Part shown: positions 42,640-60,055 of the stretch, in pieces
Numbering within the stretch: the first letter of the stretch is position 1
Layout: each line of letters starts with the position of its first letter
Assembly: GCF_009914755.1 (NCBI RefSeq)
Contig: NC_060926.1
Source of the DNA: the human T2T-CHM13v2.0 reference genome, Homo sapiens
Reading direction: 5' to 3' (one strand)
Length of the DNA: 64,000 bases
The notes under the pieces: generated by a model
Told to the model about the DNA's origin: nothing
Databases searched by the model: none
The model's input: only the letters and a program-made list of their open reading frames with translations
Program-made: the position numbers and the translations under genes

Positions 42640-43995
42640 TTTTTTCTGGCTGATTTTATCATTTTTCTCATAATCACTTGTTTTTAGTAATTTTATTATG
42701 GTGTTGTTAATGAAATTGTTTCCATGAGTTCAGACTTAGTTTTCACTGAAGCTGTTTTGATATTTGGATTTATGGTTTTTACCTGATTTTGAAAATGTTT
42801 CAGTCATTATTTTTCACTTTTTTTTTTTTATGCTGTCCTCCTTTCTTTACATCTTCTTTAGGGACTCTATACAAAAATTTCGCCACTTGGATTTTTCTCA
42901 CAGTTCCCTTATAATCTATTCTTTTTTTCTCCTTTTTTCTCATGGTGCTTCTTTTTTAATAGTTCCTATTATTGCTATGCCTTCAAGTTCATGACTGTTA
43001 ACTGCTGCAATGTCTGTTCTGCTGTTTATCCTATCTTGTGTGTTCTTCATTTTGGACACAACATTAGAGGTTTTACTGTTAGAAGTTAATTTCTGTTTTT
43101 ATTAAATGTCTTCAATATTAATATGTGTTCAAACTTCAACTTATTAAATATAAGACATTTTTATAACAGCTGTTTTTATATTTTTATTGATTTTCTAATC
43201 TGCATCATTTAAAGTCAATTTCAATTGATTTTTCTATTCATGAGCTATATTTTCTTGCTTATTTGCATATCTTATAGTTTTTTAATTAAATCTTAATACT
43301 TTACTTATTTGGGTGCTATTTCTATTCCTAGAAATAATCTGGTGCTTTTTTTCTGGGAGGCATATTAAATTATTTGTAAGTAGTATGAGAATCTGGGTCT
43401 TGCTCTTCAAATTTGTTACATGAGACAAGAGCAGTGTTAAGTCTAGGGCTAATTTTGTTTCATCGCTCACGTAAACTTCTGACTTTTCTAATCAATGCTT
43501 CCTGAATTACTTGCTCTTCCAGTCTCATTGGTGGTAACAGGAACTACTGTTGGTCTTTTCTTAAGTTTGGAAATTATTCTTTTAATATTTTTGTGTGATT
43601 CTTCTCTTATCCTTGTGTAGTTTCTTCACGTGAATGCAGAAATATGGAGTCATTTCAAAGCTGGAGGGGGACTTCTCAGTTTAGCTTTATCCTTTCTCAT
43701 ACTCTTAGATTTATAATTTAGTCTCCACGGACACCCAGTAATGTTTCCTCAATTCAGTGAGACTGTTGAACTGTCCGTATGACCTCTCCCTTCATTATAG
43801 CTTAAAAACTCTTTCTAGGCATTACGATTGGATACATACAGGGCATAGTTTATTTGTTTCCTTGCATTCACAGAGAACTGTCCTTCTTTGCCTGATGTCT
43901 TGAGATTAGTTGTTTCAGATATTTTGTCCTAATTTTTTGTAGCTTCTATAAGGAGGGCTAGTTCACTCCCTGTCATTCTTAGTTGGTAGGAAATG
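42640..43995 (-). mobile_element. Old L1M (MC/MD-type) ORF1 and 5' UTR
   Basis: 'gaaaatgtttcagtcattattt', 'gctatgccttcaagttca', and an L1M 5' terminus-like 'ccctgtcattcttagttggtaggaaatggaa'. Confidence 0.6.
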
Positions 43996-44389
43996 GAAAT
44001 ATTCTAGGAACATACTCTTTTAAAATGTTTTGAAAAGAAGGCAAAGGCTATATAGCAATTAATTGATTAAAAGAGAAAATATATACATGTACAATTGCAA
44101 AAGCAAAAAGAAGAGGAAAATAATCTATTATCTTAAAGATATAATGTTAAGGATATTAAGTAGTTTATGCTATCTCCTTTTAACAAAGTATTTTGTAGAG
44201 AGTATTGTCTACATGTAGGAATGCAAAGATAGACTTTGGTGTCAGTTAGATCTTAATTTTATTCCTGGCTTTGTAAAATATGGGTAAAAATTTGTAGCCA
44301 AAAAGTTTTTGTAAGATACCCATTTCTTATCACAATATTTGGCATATGGCAAATGATCACAACATTACTATTAAATGTTACACGAGTAC

Positions 44390-44793
44390 TGCTTTGGTTT
44401 GGATGTTTGTCTGCCAAATCTAATGTTGTATTTGGTTCCCAATGTTGGAAATAGGGCTAATGGGAGATGTTTGATTCATGGGGATAAATGCCCCATGAAC
44501 AGCTTGGTATCATCCTTGAAGTAATGAGTGAGTTCTCGCTCTGTTGGTTGCTATGAAGGCTGGTTGTTAAAAAGAGCCTGGCACCTCTCTTACGTCTCAC
44601 TTCCTCCTCTCGTTACGCACATTCAGGCTTTCTTTCATCTTCCACCATGAGTGGAAGCAGCCTGAAGCTCTCACAAGATGCAGATCTGGTACTATGCTTC
44701 TTGCAGAGCCCGCAGAATTGCGAACAAAATAAACCCCCTTTTAAAGTAAATTACCCAGCCTCAGTTATTCCTTTACAGCAAGACTAAATGTAC
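44390..44793 (+). mobile_element. MSTB-type MaLR solo LTR
   Basis: 'tgctttggtttggatgtttgtc...gtaatgagtgagttctcgctct...aaataaacccc...aattacccagcctcag'. Confidence 0.9.
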
Positions 44794-45950
44794 TGCAGCA
44801 AATACCTTCTTGGATCTACCTGGGATATGTAAGATTCTTAAGAAAGATGCTTAGAGTTCCTTAGGAACATAGGGGAACAGGATTTAAGTAAATCAAAGCA
44901 AATTTTCTTCCACAGCTGATTTTATGTCTTCTTTTCTATTTACCTTTGTGCCATTATTTCATTGTTTCATCCTTGCCTTATAAACAGTACAAACCATATT
45001 ACTTTGGGCAAATGTGATTCTCACTCTTTACTAAAGTAGCAACTAAGCAACTATTGCCCTTCTGCATCCTCTCTAAACAACATATTCATAATCCCTAAAT
45101 CTCTGCTACTTCCCCTCATGCCTTAATCAGAAACCAATTATTGTTGATCTTTGACAGTACATACTTGCCAAAAAGTATTGTAAGCTGGTCACTTAGATAA
45201 ATTTTATTTTTGTAAAAATACAAAAGCACATAAATATAATGTTCTTCTCCCATATTAACCTATCAAATCTAAAGTATCCGATGGTTCCTTAATAAAATTC
45301 CTACAGTGACATTCATATGATGCTCCTTATTGGGAAAAAAATCTTTCTCTGGGTATGAAACCATGTTAAAAGATGTCTAATGGAAAGGTAAACAAATTTG
45401 TCACTCCCACGGTCAATATTTCCTACACTAAGGTTTTCCACACTTCTGGTTCTCTGTAGGAATAAAAATAGAATTATAAGAGGGGATGTTAAGGCTATTC
45501 TTGAGTTAGCTCTGAGTTGATTATAAGTTACAAGCCATGGAATTATAACTCTCCTTTTTCTTCCAAGATACTAACAGCAGTAATGACTGTGACAACAACA
45601 ATAACTTAATACCTTCCACTTACAAGTAGTCTTTTACATGAATTTTGGAAACAGTAATTACAGTTTTCAATGCTTTTGAAAATTGTATATTGGGATAGTC
45701 ATTAAGTCCCGTATAAAGATGAACAAAAAAAAGATGTAGTGACCTGTGCTTTTTATTCTCTCTGCATTGTAGCCAGGTCAATAAACTGAATAAAAACAAA
45801 GAATCTGATGATCTATGAAAACAAGTGAAGTATCTATTAATAGTGGATTTTTCTAAGAACGATTACTAGGAAAGTTGGTTTAAAGTGATAAAATGTAAAG
45901 GTTACTTTTATAACTAGTAAATCAGACAGTTTAATGCTATCGTTTTCTTT

Positions 45951-46237
<287 letters not shown>

Positions 46238-46979
46238 TATCGTTTTCTTTAAATCTTTTCTAGCAAGTCAACTTTTGGTCTTACCTAGTCCCTAGAAAAT
46301 CAAGAAGAGAATTTTAAAAATATATGATTTTCAGTCTGATTTCTTTGAACACTGAAGAACATACTGTTGTCTTATCCATGTTTTATGTTGCTCTCATTCA
46401 ATAATTTTTTGAACTAGATGGTAAATTTCTTTTTAAATGACCAATCTATTTTAAACTGTGTATATTTTAGATGATTATTTGATTAGCACTTCACCAAATA
46501 TTTACTGACTGCCAAAGAACTTTAAGAAATTCTAAAACACTCAGCTTGAAAAATAACTTTGGGTATTATTTGATTAGTATACTCCATTTATCCAGCAATT
46601 TCAAAGAATGAAGGAAGTTCATAAATGTATTTTATATAGTTGAAAATTTCTCCATTATAGAGCAAATCTTTAAGAGAAACCATATTTGATGAATCACAAA
46701 ACTGGATACGTATTCTGGATTGTCAAGGTAACTGAGAATGTCCAGATAATTAGAAATATCTTCTTTAGAAAGCAAAAGATATAGTTTGGCCTTGGCAGCC
46801 TCATGGCATACAGCCAACCTATAAAATGGAAAGAGCCTGAGACCCTGAATCACCTCTTGTAAGAATAAAAATGGATTGTTAACTTGAGTGAGAAATGAAG
46901 GGTTTAGTCTTATTCTACTAAAAGTTTGGAATTTGCATATTCCTGCAAGTAGCATTACTCTACTACATAATCTGTTCAT

Positions 46980-48320
46980 GTAGTCAGTCAATTTTGAATT
47001 GACTTTTTTTTTGCCATGATTATGAGTACTTTTAAATGAAATAGAATAAACGTATGTTGTTAGGTCTTTAGTCTGTAATTATTTCATGCATGCTTTGAAA
47101 TACAAAAGTAATTATACATTATTGCAATAGATACCTAGTTTTTCCCACGCCACTTATTAAATTGTCCAATTTTTTTTACTAATTTGAAACGACACTGTAA
47201 TACTATCCATATCTGTGATATTCTATTTCTAGGTGGCCTATTTTTTTACCATGGATTTTGTCATCTGTTCCTATTCTGCTCCCACAATATTTTAATCATT
47301 ACATCTTTTTAAATGTTCTTAAATCTGGCAAGGCATCTGCTTTTTAAAAGTCTTACTTTTAATAAGCTGCTTAGATATTATATTACATTTATTTTTATAT
47401 GTGTATTATAGAATCACATAGTCAAATTCTCTAAAATTACTGATAACATTGTTGCTGGGATTGAAAAATTTGTATTTGTGGGCAAATGAAATCTTTAAAA
47501 TACTTACTTTTTCCATTCAAATATTTAATATATCTCTCATCAATAAATTCTTTAAAATTTTGGGGTTAATATTATACTGTTTTTAGTTATACGTGTTGCT
47601 AGGTTATTATTTTTACCTACTTTTTATCTCTGAAGGGTAACATTTATTTTTTAAAACAACCTTAATTCAAATACATCAAGAATTCACAAATAACAAAATG
47701 GAGTTTTCAAGATTCTATATTTTTTTAAGTTTTAATTGTTATTTAATTTGAGTTATATATGTTATTTTGGCTGGAATAAGAATTCAGTTTTCAAAGTTAT
47801 TTTATTTCATCTCTTTGAAGATATTTCTTCATTTTTTTGCATCAGTTTTGCTGAGGGATAATTTTTTTTCTGATGCCTATTATTCTGTGAAGGTTTAGGA
47901 TTCTGTTTTTTTACTGGTGTTCTTAAACGTCACTGCCATACATTGAAGCACATATATATATATATGCATATGTGTGGCACCCTTTGTGGTACTTGGTGAG
48001 TCCTTTCAATATGGAAATTGTTCTTTGAGTTGTTTTAGTATTTAAAAAAATATTTTCTGTATCATGGCTATTTCTTCTTTTGTAAACTACTAGAATGTTT
48101 TTATACAGATAAGAAACTTCATGATGTGGTCTCTATGTCCCTTGATTTTTATCCTGCACTTACCATAATATTATACAATTTTAACATTCTGAGATCTTTT
48201 GAATTTTATATCCTAATCTATTTGTATTCTATTGTGATATTCCTATATCTTCTCTCAGAATTTTGTGAGCTTTTAATCCATGGAATTCATAATTCTAGTT
48301 ATATCATGTCCTTTTTATAA
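46980..48320 (-). mobile_element. Highly degenerate L1ME fragments
   Basis: 'tttttcccacgccacttattaaatt', 'aaatctggcaaggca', 'tagaatcacatagtcaaattctc'. Confidence 0.5.
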
Positions 48321-48894
48321 CTGAACTTGGACAAGAATATTTTCACCTCAAATTAATCTCAAATATTATATAGAATGTCATATAATCTGATAATATGTCA
48401 TATATTCTGAGAATAAAGTACAAAGGACAGAAATATCCCAGTAAATTATTTGGCTTTGTGTGTTCACCATAGTAATTCAATTCTGTCTCTCTTCTTAAAA
48501 CACTGTGTTCGCCTATTCTTAATAATACTACATTCTTATAAAGAGGGAGAGAGTTACATGCATGAGGCAGGGAAGAGTAATTGCAATCCCAAAAGGATGA
48601 GGGAGTATAACAGGGTGGTTTTTGGTGAGCAAAGTACCTATAAATAGGGAAGATGCCAGTAAGATCCAAGATTGGTCGTAGAGACAGAGTGAGCCTCAGG
48701 TTATTAAGCAAATGTGAAAATGAGACTAAATTAGAAAACTGGAAAAAATGTACAGAATTAAATCTTAAATTTCAGGGCAGGCTGCCCTAGAAAAAGCAGA
48801 AGCTTGATAAAATGTAATTTCAACAAAACTGCTTAGCCAAAAGTAGGTTTTAAAAGTGATGGATGTTCTTTAAAGATAGAATAATGAGCTACAT

Positions 48895-49130
48895 GAGTGG
48901 TAGTATATTGTAGTGGTTCAGAGTTTAGGAACTGCTGTCAGAAACTAAACTGCCAGAGTGTGAATCCCATCTCCATGAATGACTAGTTTCTCTGTGCCTC
49001 AGGTTCCTTGTATATAAATAGTGCTTATTACATGCTACCTCCTTTTAGGATGTTTGTATAGATTAAATTAATTAATGCACATGCAACACTGTGAATAATG
49101 CCATAATAGCTTTTGAATAAATACCAGGCA
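48895..49130 (+). mobile_element. MIR
   Basis: 'tagtggttcagagtttagg...gtgtgaatcccatctcca...tctctgtgcctcaggttccttgtatataaa...gattaaattaa'. Confidence 0.7.
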
Positions 49131-49214
49131 TTTTAATACAGTAAGCACTTGGAAAATCATGTTAACGTTTATCCATATTAAGGTGACAGAACAATATGAT
49201 GATGATGAACTTCC

Positions 49215-49420
49215 ATTGATCACATTCTATAATTGAGGTATGTGCCTAACCTAATTTAATCCTCCAGTGACCCCATAAATTAGGTATTGTTATGATTCTT
49301 TCATTGGGTAAAAAATCTGAGCCTTTGAGTAATGAGTATTTTTCCAAATTTATGAAGATAGTAAGTCTAAGAATTGGGATTTGATTGGGTCCAGGGCCTT
49401 AGCTCTTGCCATTATGCTAG
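49215..49420 (-). mobile_element. MIR
   Basis: 'tttaatcctccagtgaccccataaattaggtattgttatg...aaaatctgagcc...ctgggatttga'-like core. Confidence 0.65.
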
Positions 49421-50008
49421 GATTGTTTAATTATTTTATCAGTTGTTTGTATAGGGTCTTAGAAGAGGTAGATGTTTGCTTCTTTGGGTGTGTCTTTTAA
49501 CTTTTAGTTTAAATAATAATTTACTTTTATAATCAACAATGAAGTTTTAACAGTCCACTATTCAGAGCTATTGAAAGAGAGATTTTTTACTCTTGGAGAG
49601 GCATAGTGGGATTAAGTGAAGGTATTAGGAAAATATCTTTTGTGCAAGAGGAGCTCGATATCACATCTAAAAGGTCCCCAGAATGATTCTCATGCTTGAC
49701 TTCCCAGCTCCTTTCTGTCTACAGTTTATTACTATGAACAGAGTATAAAAAGAAGGATAATATTTGATACTTCTTAGAGCTAAGGGATTTGAAAAGTGCT
49801 AGAGAGCAAGATATGTCATCAGCCTTTGAAAATAAACTGAGCATTCTCAATAAAGACTGGAGGAGCAGTCACTGCATTCATGATGTGTTCTTTAAATGAC
49901 ATAATTGCCTTTTATGCATTAAGGCAGAAGACTGTGCTTAGAAAACAAAGTTTATGGTCAGTTTGCAGCATAAAAGGTAACAACAAAAAGCCATAATAGC
50001 AAAGATCT

Positions 50009-50421
50009 TGTGTTAGTCTATTTTGCGTTGGTATAAAGGAATACCCGAGATTGAGTAATTGATAAAGAAACAAGTTTTATTTGGCTTATAGTTCTGCAGA
50101 CTGTACAAGAAGTATGGTGCCAGCATCTACTTCTGTGAGCATCTCAGGAAGCTTTTAATCACAGAAGGTGAAGGAGGAGCAGGCATGCCATATGATGAGA
50201 CAGGAGTAAGAGAAAGGGAGAAAGGGGGATTCCAGACTCTTTAACAACCAGATCTTGGATGAACTAATAAAGTAAGAATTAACGTATTATAGGGGGAGGG
50301 CACCAAGTCATTCAAGAGAGATCTGTCCCCATGACCCAAACACCTCTCACTATACCCCCCATTCAACATTGGTCATATTTCAACATGAGATTTAAAAGGA
50401 GCAAATATCCAAATTATATCA
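50009..50421 (-). mobile_element. MSTA/MSTB-type MaLR solo LTR
   Basis: 'tgtgttagtctattttgcgttggtataaaggaatacc...caaatatccaaattatatca'; 5 bp TSD gatct at 50004-50008 and 50422-50426. Confidence 0.92.
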
Positions 50422-50897
50422 GATCTGTATTGAGAATTTAGATTTTATTATACTCTGTGCTATTTATACTGTGATATCAATTATGGATGCAAATCTTATT
50501 GTAGTAAACACGCATACAAACACTTACATAAAGTAGTATGTCAGCTACGTGGAGTTTATTCCTCTTTATTATGTATCGTTGTATGATAATGCCAGAAATC
50601 CCACCATTTTGTTGTCTTTCAGAATCACTTTGTCTGTCGCTTTCTTCCTCTATCTCTCTTTACCTCTCCAATGTGGATTGAATCTTTTTCTTTACAAATT
50701 TATGTGTGTATGTATCATATATGTTTCCTTTATGTTAAATAATGCAAAAGAAGACAAGATAATAAAACAATAAATCTCCACAACTACCTCACCTCCAATC
50801 CTACTCCCAATGCCCGTAAGTTTCTCCAATATTATCAGTGTGGTGAACATCCATTTCCATGCTAATACAGACTTTTATGTATCAAAATCCCAAAAGG

Positions 50898-50899
<2 letters not shown>

Positions 50900-50937
<38 letters not shown>

Positions 50938-50938
50938 A
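50900..50938. repeat. (CA)n microsatellite
   Basis: Seen directly in the sequence. Confidence 0.98.
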
Positions 50939-51858
50939 TATGCAAAGTTTGAAAGTGGAATTATGGTAATTGTGACACATCTCCATATATCTAACACACT
51001 TACTTTAATATCAATGTAATATACACATGTGGATGTATTATAATTTATTCAATTACTCCCATTTTTATGTACTCACTTCTGTTGCACTGCTGCAATAAAA
51101 AATTTGGTACATATATTAGTATGTACTTACGTTTGTATTTTTTAGTCCTCTGCAGCCATCCTTTCTTAAAATACACGTTTGTTTTGATTGATTCTTTAAT
51201 GTATACATGCAAACAAGATTTATCAGATCAGCTTTCTTGTGTAATGTAGCATTAGAGATTTCCTTCTTTGGAACAATAAGGATGAGTTATCTGTGTGCAG
51301 ATATTAGATATAAAAGAAAGTCACAAAGGTTACATCCCTGAATTATAAAATAATTCCCAAGCAGGCTTGTGCATCTAGGTATATACTAATTTAAAATATA
51401 TATACATTTATATGTTGTCATAAGTCAAGATTTAAATTGAGATTTGTGGTAGTTAAAATGGCACAAATATTGCCTCTTAATGTTATAAATTTGCATTATA
51501 TATTCCTTTAAATATTATAAAATTTTATAATTTGCAATCTATTAGAATCATATTCATTTTAATAGATACCGTTCATCCTCCCAAAATAGTAGCGTACATG
51601 TAAGAGTTGTATCAATTCTATATAATACGAAATCCAGAGGTAGTTTACATTCGAGGATGATGTAACAATTCAAAGTTCCAGTGTGGAAACCTCACATTTT
51701 TCTTCTGTTTTCATGGTCACAATCAGCCGCAGCACTCCCAAGAATTATTCCTCTGTTTCTGGCAAAAAGAGGAAACGACAAAAAGTGAAATGTGGATGCT
51801 AATGAGTCTGTTCTTTTTAAAAGTGCTTTTCCAGAAGAACTAAACCATGACTTCTATT

Positions 51859-52208
51859 TACAGTCTGTCTCTGGGCTCCACATCAGCAGATTCAGCCAAC
51901 TAGCAGGTGGAAAATATTCAGACGAAAAAACAATAGGACAATTTGACATAATACAAATAAGAAAACAATACAGTGTAACAACCACTTAGCATTTACATTG
52001 TATTAGGTAGTTTAAGGACTCTACAGATGATCAAAGAATAAAGGAAGATATGCATAGGTTATAAGCAATACCATTAAAAGCAATGTCAATACTACTTTTA
52101 CACCAACCTAATACACCATTTTTTGTATCAGGTACATGAGTATTGGTGGATTTTGATGTTGCATTGGTCCTGGAATCACTCTCTCACAGATATCAGGGAT
52201 TGACTATA
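51859..52208. mobile_element. Tigger3/MER2-type non-autonomous TcMar DNA transposon
   Basis: 'tacagtc...' start and '...tgactata' end with TA flanks; internal 'agcatttacattgtattaggt' and 'tgcataggttat'. Confidence 0.75.
52071..52113. mobile_element. Half MADE1 (Hsmar1 MITE) nested in the Tigger
   Basis: 'ccattaaaagcaatg...tacttttacaccaacctaata' matches the Hsmar1/MADE1 terminal inverted repeat 'ttacttttgcaccaacctaa' plus TA. Confidence 0.75.
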
Positions 52209-53239
52209 TATCCCATTAGAGAGAACTGTCATAGGGCATCTATCTACAAAGAATACTGGAGGGCATTTTGTCTGAATATATTGCCATTATTAAATGAAAA
52301 AGTGAAATAGGAAAGTATGAAATCCATGTTTGCCACAATTGTGTGTGTATTTATATATATTAATGATCACCATGAGCATCAATCCTAGTGTGATAATACA
52401 ACTTTATACCGCACCTTTCACAACATGGGTGCCACTTGAGCCTTGCTCGATGAACGTGTATTGATTAATTAATTTATGGTATTTACCAGATCATTTTTGT
52501 CTTGGTTTGAAGTAATATATTAGCTTATGCATTATAACACAGTATTTCCAAATAACCAAAAAGCTAAAATGCTCTTTTACTTATGCTCCCCATTATGAAA
52601 AATGTATACAGAACAGAATTGGCATGAAATGTGTCTATTCCCATGACATAGACTATAATGGAAAATTATCCAAGCCTAGCCTAGCCTTACGATTTTAATC
52701 GTGTTATCCTCTTCATATGTCATACTGTAGTACGTGGACTATATCTAGTACATTTATTTGATTTAAAACTATTTCCAGAAAAATAATTTTTTTTAAAGCT
52801 TACTAACCAGCTTTCCTCAGCAGGCACATTTTTCTCTTCACAAAACGTCACTATTTCTTCTTAGCACAGCTGAAAGATAATGTTTGTAATTCACGGCTTT
52901 GATAAAGAATTCCTGAAGTAGTTCTTTACTGAGTATACATGCTCAGAAAGAAATGTGAAGATTTGGGAAATTATCTGGATAAGTCAGAAAAATAAAATAG
53001 TTTTTGTTAATGGTAAAAGGGTAATGGGGTATTTTAGCTCCAGTTAACTGAGAATTACGAATGTCAGAATGAGAATTTATTATATGAGAATGCAGTCTAT
53101 CTCTAGCTATATCTAGATTTATGTCTATATCTATATATCTTCTTCTCAAATGCCATAGTTCAAACAATTAGTTTGAAGAGCTTAATTGTCTAGACTGTTT
53201 TCCCAACTTTACAGTTGCCTAGTTTCTCTTATTGATTCT

Positions 53240-54230
<991 letters not shown>

Positions 54231-54459
54231 GGTTTTGTAAGTTTATATGTAGTGTGGGCTGAGATAAATGGTTTTCAAAGTTGTGTTATTTATTTTATAA
54301 TTTAGTTACTTTCTGTAATAGTCACATTAATTATTAGATATTTAATGTTAAAATTAAATATTTATCACTAAATATTGTGGTTTTGCTTCTAAATAACAGA
54401 AGCAAACACTCTAAATTCAGTTTGGAAATACTAGTGGTATCAATCTTTGTGCCATTCTA

Positions 54460-55010
<551 letters not shown>

Positions 55011-55599
55011 TCTTGAAGACAATAATAATTCAACATAGTAGTAGTCTTCACTATCAACAGATTTTAATACTTCTGAAGATGCCAAGCCATATTCAAATTT
55101 ATAAAATAAGATTGAAACTGATTTGACACAAATTATAATTGTGCTATAGTATCTACGCTGATGTGTGTGCGGCATGTAGCGGGTATATGGTACAGAAATG
55201 CTAAAAGGATTGTTGTAAACTAAGGAAATTTTCTCTATAAAATATGCTAAAAATAAATTTCTACAATTAGGAAAAAAGCAAGAAATGGCATCTGCTTATA
55301 CACTTTGAGAGCTATTTCACTTCCATGTGAATCACTTCAATGTTGGGTAGCTCTAACTTAATTTTTTAAAAAATTGGGTTTGAAATCAATTTTCTTATAA
55401 CTTGTACCTATTTTGACAATAAATTTTCAGAGTAGAAACAAATATTTCTACCCTCAGTCATTAAATGTAACTTTTAAACATCAACTCTTCAAGTATCTTA
55501 AAGCACTGGTTTATCCACACTCAATCTCTCTATACAGCAACATTCCATTTCTTCAATTACCCACATGACAAAAGTTTTGTTTGTTTGTTTTTGCCTTAG

Positions 55600-56713
<1,114 letters not shown>

Positions 56714-58528
56714 ATAGTGCTTAAAGTGTCCTTCCCTGAAACTCCTATTAAAGCAGTTTTCTCTGAAATTTATTTTTAGAACGCATATTTCATTTGTAGT
56801 TATATTGTTATTCGTTTTATTATGGGTTTAATATCCATTTTTCTATGCTGTATGCTTCATGATAAGAGCAGGGACTACATCTCTATGCTTTATGACTGAA
56901 AATTCAAAAGATTAAATTATTAGAATTTTTTACAAAGAAAGCATTCAATGCATAAATGTAAATTTGTAAATACATTAATTATTTTCCTGATTCCTCCTCA
57001 TCTAGTCTTTTGATGAATCAGGGTCTTTCTGAACCTTTGAAGAACTCACACATGAACAGTAATCACTAATATGAAACCGATGCTATATTTAGGATATGAC
57101 TTAACCAATGTAAGATTCAGTGAACTGTTCAATCCCTTGATGTGTATAGTTGTATTGGTGTCAATTACCTAGGCACATAGTAGATTTTCAGTAGTCTTTT
57201 GTTCTTTTAACACCTATAACAATGTCATTTTGTTGTTTTATCAGATCTTTTCAACTATCTGGGTCTTTTTTAGCATGTCGATTATCTTACTCTGTACTCA
57301 CTGTCATTCCCATTTTCACCTTTGAAAATTGAGCAGGCAGTTCTCCATTTTAATTAAATTTCTAGATTAAAGTGTATTTAATAATGTTGCTAAACAGATT
57401 AAAATAGAAAGCATGAGCCTCACCACTTAAATATTTTTTCAGTTCAGAGATAATGTAATTTTTATATTATTATTCATCTACCTAAAAAATATCTGCAAGA
57501 CAGTACCATCATGTGTCCTATCATTTTCTTACTTTCTTGTCTTTGGAGGAACATGACATTGTTAAATACCTTTTTGAGATCATAATCTCTTACAGAGTAT
57601 TTCTTTTTCTACCAATATTATCAAATTTTAAAAAGTGGCAATGTGGTAAAATAAGCATTAAATATTCTTATTTAATCTACATGCAAAATACTTAACCTAA
57701 ATATCTGTCTAATGACCCACAATCTAGTGAGGGAAACAGTTGAGAAGCTTACGCCATACAATGTGTGTGAGTAAAGTACCAAGAGGTTTTGAGATGGGTA
57801 AAGTTAATTCTGGATGTGGGGAAGGAATTTAGGGTTAAGTTTTACAAAATGAATGTTTTGATATGGTACTTGAATATAATATAAGATGTAGAGGTACACT
57901 TCTGGCCAATGCTAACAGTACGCATAAAGGTACTGATGTTTCAAAGACTGTGACAGATTGAGATTCATATGCAGTTGGGGATGGCTGAACAAGTAAGAAA
58001 CAGAAGACATACTTGGAAGTCACAATTACTGAAATCTCAGATTGGGTTCAGTACCCAGTAGACAGCCAGGAATAAAGACATATTTAAAGTATATCTGTTT
58101 AATAAGCTTCATTGGAATGTCAGAAGTTATTACACATGCAGAAACACACAAACACACAAATGGGTCTAGAGGTCATGTTTAGGAAACTGGGCTTAAATTA
58201 AGCATAGTTCTTTATTATTGGTCTTTTCAAAGTTTTTGATGGGAATTGTGACACTTAATATGTAGGATTTCTTACATTTTAATACTGATTTTTGTGCCAA
58301 ATATCTTGTGGGATTCTTATTTTATGTAATTTACTTTATACGATGATGTGGTAGAATATAGTGCATATGTAGATAGAGTAGAGATAAATAAAACCTTATT
58401 GAGTGTATTTTAATATATCAAACAGTACAGTTTCAACCAATATGTAACTTAAGTGAAAGGCTGGGACAAAATTAGAAAATCCTGCAGTGGCAGCCCAAAT
58501 AATTTACTTTTTATAAATTTTATCCTAG

Positions 58529-58819
<291 letters not shown>

Positions 58820-59899
58820 AGATTTTGTTTTCCAAATATAAATCCTAGTATGGGGAGGAACATGCATGGAATAGATTCCAATGGGTCTGTCAGACACACA
58901 CACATCTACAATCAAATGTGACTTGCAAGAAAAAAGTAAGACTGATTTGGCACAAGTACTTCTGAATAATATGTGAATTGGCCATTGCAATGAAATTGTG
59001 TTTTTCATGAAACTATAAATATCTCTTCATATTCCTATGCATTTGATCCAGTGAGGGCCCTCTTACTCTCTTAAGAATGACATAGATCACTAAGTGGCTT
59101 CATTGCTGGAGTCAGGCTTATGTATCTTTTGATGAGCATGTACTCTGTCTCAAACGGTGACAGTAGCTGTCAGGACTACAATAAAGATATGTAAGACAAA
59201 ACTCTTGGCCTAAAAATATTGTCCTGTAGATGGAAAGATGAAGTCTATGCATCTGATAAATAGTGGCAGCAATTATTATATAGCATATTATAAAGGCTGA
59301 AATGAGTTTTAGAAGCCATTACTGTTATAATAGTTGGTTGTGACCTCATCCTCCAGGGAGATGGGTCCTGAGAGTCTCTGAGCCAATCAGTAGCACAAAT
59401 GTGTCCATGTTTATAGAAATGCGAAGCTGTTTGGAAATGATGGGAGACATGTTGGTACAGGGATATGTATACTACTCTTCCTGTTCCATATTATGTTACA
59501 ATTATATAAAGTTTGTAAATTTTTAAAAATCTCACTTAAACCACACTTCTATCTTCGACCCACAAAGAACAACCTTCCACATTCACTGGTGTTCACAGAA
59601 ATTGTTCTGTAAATTTCTAGGTTAAGCCATGTTTTGATTTCACTACAGTTTTCTTCCACTTTGCCTCAAACTCTTGTCCTTATGATTCCCAAACTTGATA
59701 TATCCTCTTACCTGCTGGTGTGTATATTTTCCCTTCATTATTCCAATGCAAAGATGCACCCCATCTTGCCTCAAGGAATAAATTTATGATTCAGCCTCTA
59801 GTCTCTTACAATGTGGTCTCAACACTAGATACTTAACTGACGGTCGAACAATATTTTCTTTTTTATTTGACGAAGGTGGTAGGAGTTAAAGATGGGAAA

Positions 59900-60055
59900 A
59901 CAGACAAAGCATGAAGATGGAAGTGAAGAAGTAAAAAAGAATAGTCTTTTATGTTAAAAATTTAAGGAAAAGGATAGGGATGGAGGAAGAGAAGCAAAAG
60001 TAAAGAAAAGCAAAGGTGAAGAAAGAAAAGGAAGAAGAGAGGAAAAGGAAAAAAC
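59900..60055 (+). repeat. Purine-rich (GA/A) low-complexity tract
   Basis: Seen directly in the sequence. Confidence 0.7.

Noticed and set aside
46632-48711. 119 aa and 122 aa minus-strand ORFs
   Set aside because: Non-ATG starts, no recognisable domain, and lengths compatible with chance in 64 kb.
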